Assembly (NCBI RefSeq): GCF_006345805.1
Contig: NC_043002.1
Span: forward strand, 99,448,001-99,512,000
Length of the DNA: 64,000 nt
Direction of reading: 5' to 3'
From: Octopus sinensis
Taxonomy: Eukaryota
The notes under the pieces are model-generated. The model ran no database searches and had not been told where the DNA came from. It saw only the letters and a list, made by a program, of their open reading frames with translations. The position numbers were made by a program, and so were the translations under genes. Of this stretch, positions 41,101-55,599 are shown one piece after another; the stretch's first letter is position 1; every line of letters begins with the position of its first letter.

Positions 41101-43429
41101 GGCAATGTAGAAATCTGTATTTATGTTGAAGGAAAACTAAAAATACAGAAAGTAACAAATTTTAGAACAGATCCTTAGTGGCAACAGAATGTCCACCTTC
41201 AACTTTTATCATGTTATGCCATATATTATACAGTACACATTTTGATCGGTTGTTAGGATAAATCAGTGGGCTTTTATATTTATCCTGGAGAATTTCAACA
41301 TTGTCAGTCAATGTTGTATAGCAGCTGCTTCAACGTCAAGATTCAGATCTCTAACGTTTTCCCCTTGAAGACGTATATATACATCCTTTCGATTTGCTAA
41401 GGTATTTATACTCTACACCGATGTTGGTGCATTGAGTTGCTGGAGTTATATCCTGTTACTGAGAGCTAGCTACTGACCTGTATAATATAACACTTTACAG
41501 TGATCTATCGTTACAACAAACCACTTTTCAACTGTTACTGATCGAATATAAATCCAATGATTTGCATGTTTTCAAATATCATTGAAAACGTATCAAATCC
41601 TCAGTACACATTACATCTATTCCAACTCATTTGAATTTAGTTCTATTCATAATCCGTATTATTAACTTTCCTATGTTTCTGCATGTAGAGTAACCTTGCT
41701 ATATTCGGTTAATTTAGTTTTAATTTGTGCTGCAGAAAAATGTTCGAAAGCAAAACTTAATACACTCAAATATTAATCTTGGCTCACAGAATTATTATTA
41801 TATTTCGATATTTGAAATTTCTATTGTATCTCTTATAGATCATCTCATCATATTATTTGTTCAGTTTTCATCGAAGATATTAACCCAGTTTTATCAAATA
41901 AGAATTGAAATATCACCGAAGTTCCAGTAAAATATCACATTCATTAAGAATGCAGATTAGAATATAGATAATAATTAAATACACATTTATTCATATTCTC
42001 CATGAGTATGGCAGGTGTGTCTACTATGTTATATAGAAAAATATATCGACATTTACATTCAGTATTATTCTTTGAAAAGTTACATGTTATGAGAAATATT
42101 ATGGCATTGGTGTGTTTGTTGTCTTTATTATTAGGACGGACATATTCGATTTCCAGCTAATTATAGAAACATCCAGCTTACAGGAAATGCAATCATATTG
42201 GCAATATAAACACAATAGATATATTGGTCTTTCTCCAATAAATATTACTCAAGGAACAAAGGAATTCTAAATTGTATATATTCCAAGAAAGCTTGCATGA
42301 AAAAAGTAGAATATAAATTTATAAAACTAAAAGCTTAGTGATCAATTCACCATGATGTAATTGCATTTTTCCTATTTTTGTTTTACATTGATGGAATATG
42401 AGATGACTATCAGATCAGAATGAAAATATCTGTGGATGTTGATTTAAGATTATCTATATCTAGGAATATATTTTTCTCCAAATCATATCGTGTTTCTGGC
42501 AAAGCAACATTTTTCATTTTCGAGTCACAATATGAAATAGGAGCTCTGATTTCTTCCATAGTAAAAAAGTGCATAATATCTTAAAGACGGTTGTAGTTGA
42601 TTATATGGCGTCCAGTAAAATATTGGCGTTTAATTTGACATGAGCATTCAAAAACTTAATCTAGCGGGCGGCAAAAACTTTGAATAGATCAATATATTTA
42701 CTCTGAGGTCTAAAGATTAAGAAGTTTGTTTAGTGCCCTTGGTGGATTGTATTTCGCTATTTCTTCAAGTTAAACCAGATATTCGGAATTAAATTATATA
42801 TCCAGAAACTGTGCGGAAGCTCAAGGAAACTGTGCTTGGAATTTAGAGACAAAGTCTTTTATGCACAGTGTGATACGTTGACTCTATATCGGCATTACGT
42901 TAATTATACACACGTTTGTGAAATGTTTAGCCACTTAAAGCTGATCTTAAAAAAAAGGTAATAAAATTAAACGAACAACTGGACTAGCATTTTTAAAACT
43001 GACATATTCCTCATTTACATGATTATAATTAAGAGTGAAGTAATAAGATACATTTAGAGAGTATATATTTCCGCCGTAATAACAAAGTAACTGCAAATCT
43101 TTGAATCCTGGTGGAGGGAGAGTAAGGAACAGGTTAAATACAAATTAAACATGAAATTGTGAGCATAACAGGAACAACATATTAAGCAACATAAAAACTT
43201 ATTAACATAAATGCATTTGTTATTCAAAGATCAGCTGTATTACATTCAATTGAAACGGAATAATTTCTTTGGAATCGTAATCATCTTAGAAATGATAGAG
43301 TATTTACGAAGATCGCGTTGCAATGATGTGGTTTCAGGTTTAGCTTAGAGAAATATCTTGTACGATACATTCGAACCGACTGTTACCTTGTGAGTGAAGT
43401 TTGTTGATGGAAGGTGAGTGGAAAGCCCT

Positions 43430-43543
43430 TATATATGTGTGTGTATATGTATGTATGTATGCATGTATGCATGTATGTACGTACGAATGTATGCATGCAT
43501 GTATGTATGTATGTATGTATGTACGTATGTATGTATGTATGTT

Positions 43544-43574
<31 letters not shown>

Positions 43575-43819
43575 TTGTATGTATGTATGTATGTATGCAT
43601 GCATGCATGTATGTATGTATGTATGCATGCATGCATGCATGCATGCATGCATGTATGTATGTATGTATGTTTATATGTATGTATGTATGTATGTATGTTT
43701 GTATGTATGTATGCAAGCATGTATGTATGTATGTATGTATTATGTATTATGTATGTATGTATGTATGCATGTATGTATGTATGTATGTATGTATGTATGT
43801 ATGTTTGTATGTATGTATA
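43430..43819. repeat. About 390-bp (TATG)n/(CATG)n array following a family 2 SINE remnant
   Basis: Directly visible; preceded by CCTTGTGAGTGAAGTTTGTTGATGGAA (family 2 head). Confidence 0.95.
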
Positions 43820-43853
43820 CTAGCGGGATCTGTGGAAATTCCACAGAACGAAA
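43820..43853 (-). mobile_element. Probable Helitron 3' terminus
   Basis: Minus: hairpin TCTGTGGAA-T-TTCCACAGA, then TCCCG-CTAG|T; 5' end not located. Confidence 0.5.
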
Positions 43854-44885
43854 AAGCTTAAGAATTGCTATTTAAGAAAGGAAGGATTATTTGCGTTTTT
43901 AATTTTATTTTACTAACATTTTCCACTTCGTCATAATAATATTCTATATGATTTTAAAATTTCCCTCTGCTAAGCACTTTATATTTCTCTCATTCCCTCT
44001 CTCGCTTCCACTAGCCACGTGAGCAACAGCATAATGCATCGGCTGGCTATCTGCTCCGTTGCTACCTCTCATATGCTGTTTTTCTTTCTTTCACTCCAAT
44101 CCTTCTCCATAACAAACTAAAGCGTAAAGTGTGAAGGAACAAGTAGAAGGATAGTATAGTTTAGTTCAATAAAAAAAGTTCATATCACTATCAACACACG
44201 ACGGCGGCGACGACGACGATGATGATAATGACGACGACGACTACCAGTACCCCCACCATTACCATCATCACTATAGTTTTCAGTAACAGCTCATTTTATT
44301 TCGTTTTAGCCTGTTTATATCTACTTTTTCTAGCTCTCCATGTACCTCTACTTTGACAATACAAACACGATATCTGCCCTCTCTCCTCCTCTCCCACTCT
44401 CTCTCTCTCTCTCTCTCCCTCTCTTAATGTAACTGACTCCTCTGTCCATTTCTATTTGCGTTTCTTTAAACTCACTACCAGAAGATTTATCAACGCTAAA
44501 TATCGTATCCTAAACATATATCTGTCTCCATAGCCTTCCTTCCCCAGCCTACAACCACGTTGTCAATGCTTCTTTCTCCCTCTTTTCTCTTCCCGTGTTC
44601 TACTTCCGCTCTGCGCCTCTCCTTTCAACTAAGCACGTGAAGCATTTCGCCTTCTTATAAATATTTCCCTACTCACACTTATGTCATCTCTTTCATTCAC
44701 TCTCTCCCTCTCACTTTTACTCCATCTCACACTCACTTCACCTCAAACTAACTAAATTGTAACGGGTGAACGAACAAGCCGATAATATGTACGTATGTGT
44801 ATTATATATATATGTATATATAAATATATATATATATGTATATATATATATGCACACACATATATATATATTTACACACACACAA

Positions 44886-44928
<43 letters not shown>

Positions 44929-47900
44929 CTTCCATCCACTTACTGAGCAACGAATTATGAGCAACGAGTAATCTTTCGTAGCTCGCGGTAATTAACATAT
45001 ATTGAGTAAATAATTATTTAATTTCATTGGAATCCATAAGAAATCAAAATTGGACGTAATATAGTATATGAATTCATTACTCAGTGGAAGGAAGATGTCA
45101 CCAAAGAATTAAAGATTATCTTAAGCAAGGTCAACAACTAACTCAACTGCTATGACAAAGGTATACAGCACTTTATTTTCTAACACATACATGGCCATCA
45201 TGTCTACTGGAAATAGAATTAATCAAATCTGTTCTTTGAGTTAAGATTATTCCAAATGACGATTGCTGGTCAGAAAATAGTAAATTTGCTATTTCGATAT
45301 ATATATATTTGATAGAATAATCTCTAGATTGTCAGAAGTATGTTTGCTTTTCATGGTAGTTTTCTATATTAAGAATTTTGCCAACTGAAAGAATTGTGAC
45401 ATCCTAGATGTATTAGATTTGAGATTTATTGATCTTGAATACTTACTAAAATGTTAAGACATCATGCTGATATAAACATGTTATTTAGCTTGTATCGACT
45501 ATGATATCTAACTAACTATAGAATTTTATTTTCCTTAAACCCTCGGTCGATCCTGATCCAGTTGTTCTGCTATGACCATTCCATCTTCTTGTTTACAAAT
45601 GGGATTTTCCGAAATACATATTCCATTGTGTCCTTTATTAAGAGAGAGTAGAATACGATTTGATGGGAGCTTAGCTGCTACATCTAGTTAATTAAGCAAC
45701 GACATAAATTCTCCTATGAGGGTTATTTCACCTAATGTGTTATTTTATGGCTGTCGCTTAATATATTTATTTGAATTAATGTTAAATTTATGTGTCTGTG
45801 CACAGAACTTCAAGTATAAGCATAATGGCAATTTGTGCTGCGATTACATTGAGAAATGGAGCTATTAAAGAATTTAGTTTGAAAGTATACAGGTGTTTAA
45901 ATCTAGCTTTGGAAGATGAATTCCGCAACACAATGATAAATCAAGCTGGCACGAGTTGGAGAATCAGACCCTCCAGTACCATAACTATACCATAACGAGG
46001 ATGATTAAAGATTAATGTTATCTAGCACAAATATTTCCCAAACTCTCCTTTATAATAATATGAATAAAACTCATTTCCCGGCATTACTGAATAATTCATA
46101 CCAAATATTTCTATGAATGGAACTAGTTACTAAAATCTTGCAGGCAATGTAGAAATCTGAGTCTATGTTGAAGGAAAACTAAAAATACAGAAACTTGTTA
46201 TTTCCTATGTTGCTCGTCCAGACACATCGTTTGAAATTGCTTAATATTTTTATTAATACCATATTTAATCCTAATATAGATATTTCTGATATGGATCAAA
46301 TTGAAAATAATTTAATTTAACTTATTGTAATTAGTATCTTGTCAATCACATCCTGTAAATGCTATGCGTAGAACTTGTTGCAGCTTATGCATTATCCGGT
46401 AAATAGGATTAGTTTATGAGGGGTAAATCTATTTGACGATAAACAGCTCCCATTGACACCTGTTCGTGATCTTTCTTAATGTATGTAGGTCTAGGTCTAG
46501 TTTATAGTGACCTATGCCCATTCAACCAGATGGTAGGATGTAATCTAAGAGAAATTAGGGAGCCTTTTATAGTAGACTTAACTAGCAAAAAAAGGCCAAT
46601 GCCGTTTAGTTTCACATCAATTATGATCGAAGAGTTGTATACCAGCGGGTTAATTGTATATACTTAAACAAGTATTTAGATTTCTTTTCTTTCAGTCTTA
46701 AACTTGAAAAGTTACTCTATAATTATAACACAATTTTTGGCGACAGTATGAAATTGCTACCGGAGTTAATCTGTCAATTGATATTTAACACTAATTATCA
46801 CGGACCACTTGCAACGGCTTCGTTTTCCAGAATAGTAATTCTAGTTTCCATTAAATCAATCCTAATTTTCACAGTTACTGTTTAGCTAGCCAAGTAGGTA
46901 CAGCTACAAATCTTACATGAGATCGCTCATGGCAACGATTAAAATTAGCATAGCCAATGTTTCTTTCCTTAAATATTTCCAAGAACGATTGGAACAAAAA
47001 ATATTTAAATGACTTCTAAACATTTCGAAGGAAATTCAGTGAAACGTGAAACAAATTTCATTTGTCATCCTTCGTATATGAAAAGAATATATCATGCAAA
47101 TATTTGAAATTATAATTGTTCCAAAGACAGTAAATGACAGCGCAAATGGGATTTTGTAAGTCAAAGACATGAATCTCTATAAAAGTGGAAATATGAAATA
47201 GGAGATGTGTTTATTGCAGTGAATTTAATCTGCAAAAGGTGTGGTGTAAGATTTGTGAAAGACGGTGCTACAAGTAGTAAATAAAGCAACATTTCTATTA
47301 AAATATGTTAAAATTCGAATTTTTAAAACATCATGCTGAAGCTATAAATTATACAAATGATTGTTTTAAGATTTGATGACATATATTGCTTTGTTTGAAT
47401 TTTGATGATATGGTTTTGATTTGCACAGATTAACAAAGTATAATGCTGAATTTTCAACTGGTGATCAACACTCTAGACCAGTTATACTCATTTGATCAAT
47501 TGGTTAACTATAAAAAATGTCACAACTACTTATCAATATAATTTTCAATTTTTAAACTCACCATAAAAAACTGTCACCATTATCACCTTAAGAAGATGAC
47601 CACGGACTGTTTAAAATAATGAAGATGTTTTCTAGTGTTTAATATTAATGCTGTAAGAGCAGTATCTATATATTTCAGAGTTACCTTTTAAAACTGTTAT
47701 TCTTTATAAAGTTATCTCTTTATTTCACCTGTTAATATGAAAGTAGAGAAATTTGATTCTCAGCGTATATCTTCGCTCGATAAATCAATAAAAGAAAGCA
47801 ATAACACTTCTTAACTGTTGCCATAATATGCTATTATTAATGAGAATTAGAAATATAACTGTGACCTTCTAAAAGATTGCTTTGAAGATTTATGTTTATA

Positions 47901-48929
47901 TTGTTGTTATTGTGATCGATTAAATTCTTTGTTATGATCGCGGTAAAAATAAAATACCTAGCACCTCGTCAATATTATTTTGAAGATCGTTTCATAATGA
48001 TGTGTTATTTTCTCTTGATATTCATAGACAGGAGACCGCCATACACATGATGTTCCTGAAGTATAACAAAAGTCCAAATTCAAACTCATTAGACCATCCA
48101 TATGCTCCTTAATATACATACAAATATATTTCCAAAGAAAAATTACAATCGGTTCCCAAAGTAAGTTACAGTGGCTTTCATTTTAGAAGCAAAACAGATG
48201 TATACATAAGGTATAAAATTTATCACAAAAGAGAACGTTCATATTGTGATGGTATTTTTGATTGTAGTTAGGTGTCCTAACAACACAAATGAGATATATC
48301 TATGCGTTACTTGTAATAGAGACATTTCAATCACATTTAACGAACGAAATTTTTATATTGTGGAAAAAAGCAATTACCCTTCAGTTTAAGTAAACAACCT
48401 ATTAGCAGTAAAGTTGCCATGTCATGTTAAATCACAAAGTTATCACTTCAATGACTACAATATTTAGCCAGATGAAACCACAATAAATTGAATTCTTTTA
48501 CTGTTTTTGAACTACATTTAAATTAGCTAAATCTTTAACTTAGAGAAAATGGGGATAAGTAGAAAATAAGGCTATAAAATCTCATTAAATGAATCTTAAA
48601 TCATATTCTGAGTAGTAGAGAAATATACATATAGATTATTACAGTCTATAGTCGTTTGTATTTTTATAATAGTGACGTAAATAATGCTACTTGAGTATAA
48701 GCAAACCTGAGCAGAGTTTGACTAAAAGAATAGCGGTTCATCTGTGGCACATGGAAGGATATCTATGGGATAATTGTTTGGTGTGTTTGTGGGGAAGAGA
48801 AACTAAGCAACTGACTAGTTGACCAAGAGTTATTTAACCATACGCATAACCATAACTATCATATTTATCTAAGACTGTTCAAATAAAATTGGCATCTAAA
48901 TAAAAATTTATCACGGAAATTATTATCAG

Positions 48930-49645
48930 TCTGTCTATGAACTCCTACAAATAATTCGCATAAAAGGTCTTTTAAACAGTAGTAGTTGTGTTTGTATATT
49001 TTTGGAGCGTATTGGACGTGCAAATGAAGTGAAACAACCTCAACAGAAAATCAAAACCTGGCCGTGCAACGAGTTTCCGAGACCCTTTAGGTCATTCTGT
49101 GAAATTCCCCCACCATTATTAGATGTAAAAAGCATATTTGTCTGCGGAACTGTGCATTTTACAAAATATTGCTGACTTCTGTATAATAATTCCTGATAGT
49201 AATACCTATTCATTGTTGCTGCAAAGAAATAAAAGCTATCGTAAAAGAGATGAATAGAATAATGTGATTGCATTCTGTTAGTAATTTTGCTTCACAGAGG
49301 ACTATGGTGTTCTGCTATACAGAAGGCAATAACATTTCAAAAGACCTTCTGAGGAATGTTTTCCTGTTTTGAGGGATTTGCGTGGTATTTGATGTTCAGG
49401 TGGTTTTTATTGGGTGAGAGCAATAGGGGTTTAATTAAGTACAGAAAACAGAGACTAGCTATGAAGTATTTAAAACTCAGCTGTCGAAAGTTTGTGTTTG
49501 TGTTTATGCTAGGCTTTGGTAAATTACACCATTTAATCTAATGACGGGACCAAAAATAAAAAGAAAAGATCACACAGTTTGAAGTATGTCCAATTACTTG
49601 TACCAATAATTTCTATATCACCAGTATCCTTTGAATATCGACTAT
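48930..49645 (-). pseudogene. Possible decayed coding sequence, unknown product
   Basis: Manual translation gives about 200 codons with only 3 internal stops (includes ORF 49040-49273), plus a frameshifted upstream piece. Confidence 0.35.
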
Positions 49646-49647
49646 TA

Positions 49648-49919
49648 AACAGCAACATCAACAACCCCCACCAACAACAACAATGATAATAATTATAATA
49701 ATATTAATAATAATAACCTTTGGCAGCAGGTTACAAGCCCGCTACGCATGTAAAACTCCAGGAGTTCCAACAAAACCTGTGATAAATAGAAACAACAACA
49801 ACAATAACAATAACAATAGCAACAATAATAATGATAATAATAATGATAATGATGATAATAATAATAATAATAACAACAACAACAACAACAATGACAATAA
49901 CAATAACAATAACAATAAC

Positions 49920-49980
<61 letters not shown>

Positions 49981-49981
49981 G
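49648..49981. repeat. (AAT)n/(AAC)n microsatellite with an embedded unique insert of about 75 bp
   Basis: Directly visible; insert at about 49716-49790. Confidence 0.95.
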
Positions 49982-50092
49982 ATACAGAATAAAAGATCGT
50001 ACATCGGAGACTGTCTCTTTGGTAATATCTAATTCAATGCTTATGCTATCGTACATGAATTTCTCCACCGTTTTGCTTCTGTCGCAATTGTA

Positions 50093-50214
50093 TTAGAAGC
50101 CTTTGAAAAGTTCTGGTGCAAATGCAATCGGAAGATAGATCACAACACCAGTAAACAACATCAAAACAATTAGAGGAACGGTGTTACGTATAAAGTTCAC
50201 ATCCATGCGTTCAT
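50093..50214 (-). CDS. Candidate exon encoding a single transmembrane/signal-like segment
   Basis: Minus: branch point CTAAC (50231-50227), TCGTCTCAACAG| acceptor, then MDVNFIRNTVPLIVLMLFTGVVIYLPIAFAPELFKGF* (37 aa from ATG at 50206). Confidence 0.4.
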
Positions 50215-50623
50215 CTGTTGAGACGAGTTAGAATGCATTACTATTTACTCTTTATAGGACCCCCGCGACTGGTACATGGAAGGGGATAGAGAATGCTTAC
50301 AATAGATTCGTTTTCGCTAAATTAATTTCGGTGTCAGGTAAGTGTATCGGGAAATAGGTCATGGTAGGATTTGAACCATAAAGCAAAGTACCGGAATAAA
50401 TCTTCCGAATAAATCCAGTCCGAAGTGTTCGTATACATCAGCCAAAACACTACTCTGGCTTTCGACTTTTCGTCGACCGTGATATGATACAAGACAATGT
50501 GGATCACGGCAGAATTTCAATTCTAGGCGCTGAGACCCGGAGTATTTGTCGGTATGTTATGACCTGAACGCTGCTAGCATGCAAAAGCAAATTGAAACGT
50601 TCCTCCTCCTCCTCCTCCTCCTC

Positions 50624-50666
<43 letters not shown>

Positions 50667-52119
50667 CTATACTACTACTACTTCCACCACTACCACACCA
50701 CCACAATCACCATCACCACCAGGCACATGCATAGGTATATACACACAAACACACACACACCAATACATACACACGCATTGAACTTTTAGGACGCTGAGGA
50801 AAGGTAGGTAGGTGTGAGGAATACATAGCTTCAAGGAGGGAGGGCGATTGTGAAGTTGACGACAGATGTTCATACTGTCCATCACACTCACACACACACA
50901 CTGACACACAGACACGCACACTGATACACACACACTCACACTGACACACATACATTCATATGTAAAGCCGATGAAACCCTGAATGGAAGCAATGGAGAGG
51001 AAAGGGTTTAAATAAATTAATATGCAGTGGTAGGGGATTGGTGAGTTTATATAAGCTGTTGTTCAGATCGTCAACATACTATCACTCTCTCCGTTCTCTC
51101 TCTCTCTCTCTCTCTACGATTTGCTGGAAATAACAGCCAAATCTCTCTCAATGTCACACTCTAATATTATATAAACGAGAGGACACATTGGATAAGAAGG
51201 AAAAAACTACACCCGTGCACACACACGTATGCATTCCCTATAAAAGAACTTTCTGTTTTCTCACCCACCATTCTTATCTTCTATACTTTCCGCTCACCTC
51301 TCTCCTTCATGACCCGATGACCTGGAAGTTGTTGCTCTTCCATTACTTTCGCAAAGAGCAGTAACTTTCTTCAGCTGAATACACGTTACTGATTGGTTAA
51401 AATTACCCAAATACGACAACTTTAACACGAAATAACTTCTAAAATACAAAATGTTGTGGAAAAACGTTGAGTATACCGTGTTCTACGTGACGCATTCAAC
51501 CAGTGTCCTAAGTTTCAAATTGTTTATTAAAAAATAAATTTATCAAAAAATCTGAGACTGAGATTTCAATCCAAGAATTTAAACAGATATTTTTTAAAAT
51601 ATTTTTTTCATTCAGCTGCTGCCGTTTAAAGTTGTTTGCTTAACGAAAATATATTATTTGTGATATATATGAAAGCTGCATTTAGAAATTTATTTAACGA
51701 CCATTTGGAAATAATCAATTAAATCTCAATTTCAGTTTGAAATATCATATCTACTTTCATCTTTATCAAGGATCTCTTCAAAAACTTAATGTCATTTTGA
51801 AGTCATTCGTATTAATATTCTGATATTTTTTATTTATGTAACATGTTCTTATATAAGGACACACATACACATGAATACGCAATCAAACATACTCCCCCAC
51901 ACGTAACTGGAGTAAGATTGGACTGCAAAGATGTGATTTGTCATCAGTCACTTACAAAGATGTGTTCTGCAAAAAAACATTAGCAAGAAAAGCAGAAACA
52001 ACATGATGATGAACTAGCATTTAACACTATAACTGCAGTGCTCATATGCTCTACTGTATTACTATTGATCATTAATTCAACTCTGAGTTTACTTAATTCG
52101 ATGTTGTCAAATATATTAA

Positions 52120-52497
52120 GGCAGCGAGTTGACAGAAACGTTAGCACGCCGGGCGAAATGCTTTGCGGTATTTCGTTTGCCGTTACGTTCTGAGTTCAAA
52201 TTCCGCCGAGGTCGACTTTGCCTTTCATCCTTTCGGGGTCGATTAAATAAGTAACAGTTACGCACTGGGGTCCATGTAATCGACTTAATCCCTTTGTCTG
52301 TCCTTGTTTGTTCCCTCTGTGTTTAGCCCCTTCTGGATAGTAAAGAAATAGGTATTTCGCCTGCCGCTACCTTCTGTGTTTAAATTCCGCCGAGGTCAAC
52401 ATTACCTTTATTCATTTCGGTGTCGATAAATTAAGTACAAGTTGCATACTGGGGTCAATCTAATCGACTGGTCCACTCCTCCACAATGTTGGGCCTG
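52120..52497 (+). mobile_element. SINE family 1, young copy with duplicated body
   Basis: Near-identical to the 13494 and 54603 copies; second body starts at about 52351. Confidence 0.9.
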
Positions 52498-52833
52498 TCA
52501 AGGATACTGTCAAACACATTCACTCTGACTCTAAGCTTAAGCGTAACAAAAAAATTGATATTGCAACAAATAAGAAAATAACATAGATATTACCGAGTTC
52601 TATAGAAAAACTCCTTTCTCTAATTAATCTATCAATCACGGAAACCAAATTCCGCAAGATAATAGAGCGGCAATACATACATACATACATACATACATAC
52701 ATACATACATACATACATACATACATGCATACATACATACATACATACATACATACATACATACATACATACATACATGCATGCATAGATGCATACATAC
52801 ATATACATACACACACACACACATATATAAATA

Positions 52834-52864
<31 letters not shown>

Positions 52865-52869
52865 ATATA

Positions 52870-53065
52870 TAGTTTATGCAAACATGAACAAGCAAGAAAA
52901 TACAACACGTGGACGTGGAATACGTACAGTGTTATTGGACGCTCGAGGAAGGAAAGTAAAGAAAGATTTCACGTTTCCTGACGAGCTCTTCATCAGAAAG
53001 ATAGAAAAAGTCCAAAGAAGAGATGACTGAGAAAGAAAATCGCCAACGATACACACGCGGTCCGG
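52870..53065 (-). mobile_element. HHR element family A, diverged; HHR 52966-53000 probably inactive
   Basis: Minus: TTT-CTGATGA-AGAGCTCGTCAG-GAA-ACGT-G-AAA; stem II disrupted and G at the cleavage position. Confidence 0.8.
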
Positions 53066-53534
53066 TCACACACACACACACACGAGCACACACACATATA
53101 TATATATATAGGTTATGAGAGGTAATGGTGTCAAGAAGATCCAAAGTTGTCAGGTAATGATGTGTAAGTGCTATGGACAGGCTATAGTTAAGCTCCAGGT
53201 TCGGTGATTATGCGAATGAGGAGTCCAACGTAGGTGATATATTGGCATGCATATATATTAGAAATTAACAGAATGCTATAAAGATACAAGGATGTGAAAG
53301 ATTTCAGAACATTTATAGAGATAAGGTCTTACAGCTGTTTCCGGGATATTTTATATATTTTTATTTTCAAAAAAACCCTCGATTCAATAACACCGTGTAC
53401 AAACTCTATGCTTGGAATGACCAATTTTAAATACTATTGGAACTTACACACAAGGCACAAGAAACTTATATGTATTCCATTCTGCTCAAATAATAGAACT
53501 TCAGATACGATATCCCTGCATATCGCACGTCTGT

Positions 53535-53572
<38 letters not shown>

Positions 53573-53576
53573 CACA

Positions 53577-53627
<51 letters not shown>

Positions 53628-54602
53628 ACACATACACATATATATGACTTTTTAGATATAAGGAGATAACAGATTGATTATATCCTTACATGAAAATGGC
53701 CATCACATGTTAGATATATTAGGGATGTTATTATGAGCACTGTAGTATCAGGCATCGCTAACACCTTAATATTGTAAATTTCAGAGGTGTTACCTTTAAA
53801 TCAATAACAGAGATATAATACAAACCTAATAGAAAGAAAATTGAATCTTTGATCAATTTTTAATATGATATAGATAGACTATCGTATTTAGAATTAAACG
53901 AAATGGAAGTGTATGTGTTTTTACCTGTTCTTCAACGTCTATAGTGACACTTCCACGATATAATCGCTTCCAATTCAACCCCTGTCTCGGATCAAGTCGC
54001 TGAACAACTATAACTAGAAAATGTAATTTATATGCACGATAACATCGTAGATTACTTAATGAGAGACTGCAACCTAGCTTTTCCTCTTGATTAACCTTTG
54101 TTCAGTCCACTTACGTCTGAAAGTAATTTAACTTTACACAAAGCCCTTGACGTTCACCATATCTCAAAGAAAGCAACAATTATTTTTGAGATATGCAGGA
54201 CAATTGATGACTTAAGCGTGAAGATACCTAAACTTTGTATTTATAATATCGGAAATGCATCACCGATATGAAAGAGAATTTGAAAATGAGTTAAGATTGA
54301 TTTATGTTAGTAAATTGGATTTCATGCATCAGAAATCCCACACACAAAACATATATATATACTCAACACACTATTATATACACGCCAACATGATTACATA
54401 TGTGGCATCAAAGAAGTCATTGCGGTATTGCCTCTATACCATAATAATGAACGAAAGATTGCAAAGTGATGAACATTAGAAGAATTTCTGCTTTTTAATG
54501 CATACAATCATATCAGCACAATAAGTATTGGTGGAATTTTTCCCCGAAAGGTTCTACCAAGTGTAAACATAGCAATCCTCATATAGGTATTTAAAATAGA
54601 AA

Positions 54603-54840
54603 GGCGGCGAGCTGGCAGAATCATTAGCACGCCGGGCGAAATGCTTAGCGGTATTTCGCCTGCTGCTACGTTCTGAGTTCAAATTCCGCCGAGGTCGACT
54701 TTGTCTTTCATCCTTTTGAGGTCGATTAAATAAGTACCAGTTACGCACTAGGGTCGATATAATCGACTGAATCCGCTTGTCTGTCCTTGTTTGTCCTCTC
54801 TGTGTTTAGCCCCTTGAGGGTAGTAAAGAAATAGGTATTT
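54603..54840 (+). mobile_element. SINE family 1, young monomeric copy with 20-bp flanking duplication
   Basis: ATAGGTATTTAA(A/G)ATAGAAA at 54583-54602 and 54831-54850. Confidence 0.9.
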
Positions 54841-54964
54841 AAGATAGAAAAGAAAATTCGTATACATTCATAGAGATAAGTTGCTCTTCAGAATATTACT
54901 TTCGAAACCAGTGAGGAAGTAATTATTAAATTACAACTTTCCTCTAATGATATTAATGATAATG

Positions 54965-55166
54965 ATTTCAAATTTTGGCACGATGCCAGAAATTACGGTA
55001 CGGGAATAAGTCGATTTCATCAACACCAGTACTTAACTGGTACTTAGCTTATCGACCCCAGAAGAATGAAAGGCAAAGTCAACCTCGGCGGAATTTGAAC
55101 TCATAATGTAAAGACGAAAGGAATAACGCTAAGCATCTTGCCCGGCGTGCTAACGATTCTGGCAGA
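54965..55166 (-). mobile_element. SINE family 1 copy
   Basis: GAAAGGCAAAGTCAACCTCGGCGGAATTTGAACTC...GCCCGGCGTGCTAACGATTCTG. Confidence 0.85.
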
Positions 55167-55167
55167 T

Positions 55168-55372
55168 CAACAACAACAACAACAACAACAATAATAATAA
55201 TAACGATAATAACGATAATAACTACAGCAGCAACAACAACAGCAGCAACAACGACAACAACAACAACAACAACAACAATAATAATAATAACGATAATAAC
55301 GATAATAACTACAGCAGCAACAACAACAGCAGCAACAACGACAACAACAACAATAATAATAATGATAATAGT
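55168..55372. repeat. (AAC)/(AAT)/(AGC) compound repeat with a higher-order duplication
   Basis: The block AATAATAACGATAATAACGATAATAACTACAGCAGCAACAACAACAGCAGC occurs twice. Confidence 0.9.
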
Positions 55373-55599
55373 GATTTGCCTAGAGACAAACACACACATG
55401 CAACAGTATTTACATCCATTACCACTTCTGCAACCACCGCCGCCAACGCTATCGCCGTCCTTCTGGAAATAGCTCGGAGACTACAAGATGGTTCTGTCTT
55501 TTGTCTCCATATTTGCCTCTTTCTACGATATTGCATGAATTCTATCGGCCTGCCTTTTGTCACCTTCCAAGCGGCAGGTCATGATATGAACTTATTTAA

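Noticed and set aside
47415-47545. Plus-strand acceptor (TTTTGATTTGCACAG) and short ORF
   Set aside because: Stops within about 35 codons in all frames and no supporting neighbouring exon.
51310-51345. CCGATGA followed by a TGGAAG/CTTCCA hairpin
   Set aside because: Lacks the GAAA and stem III half.
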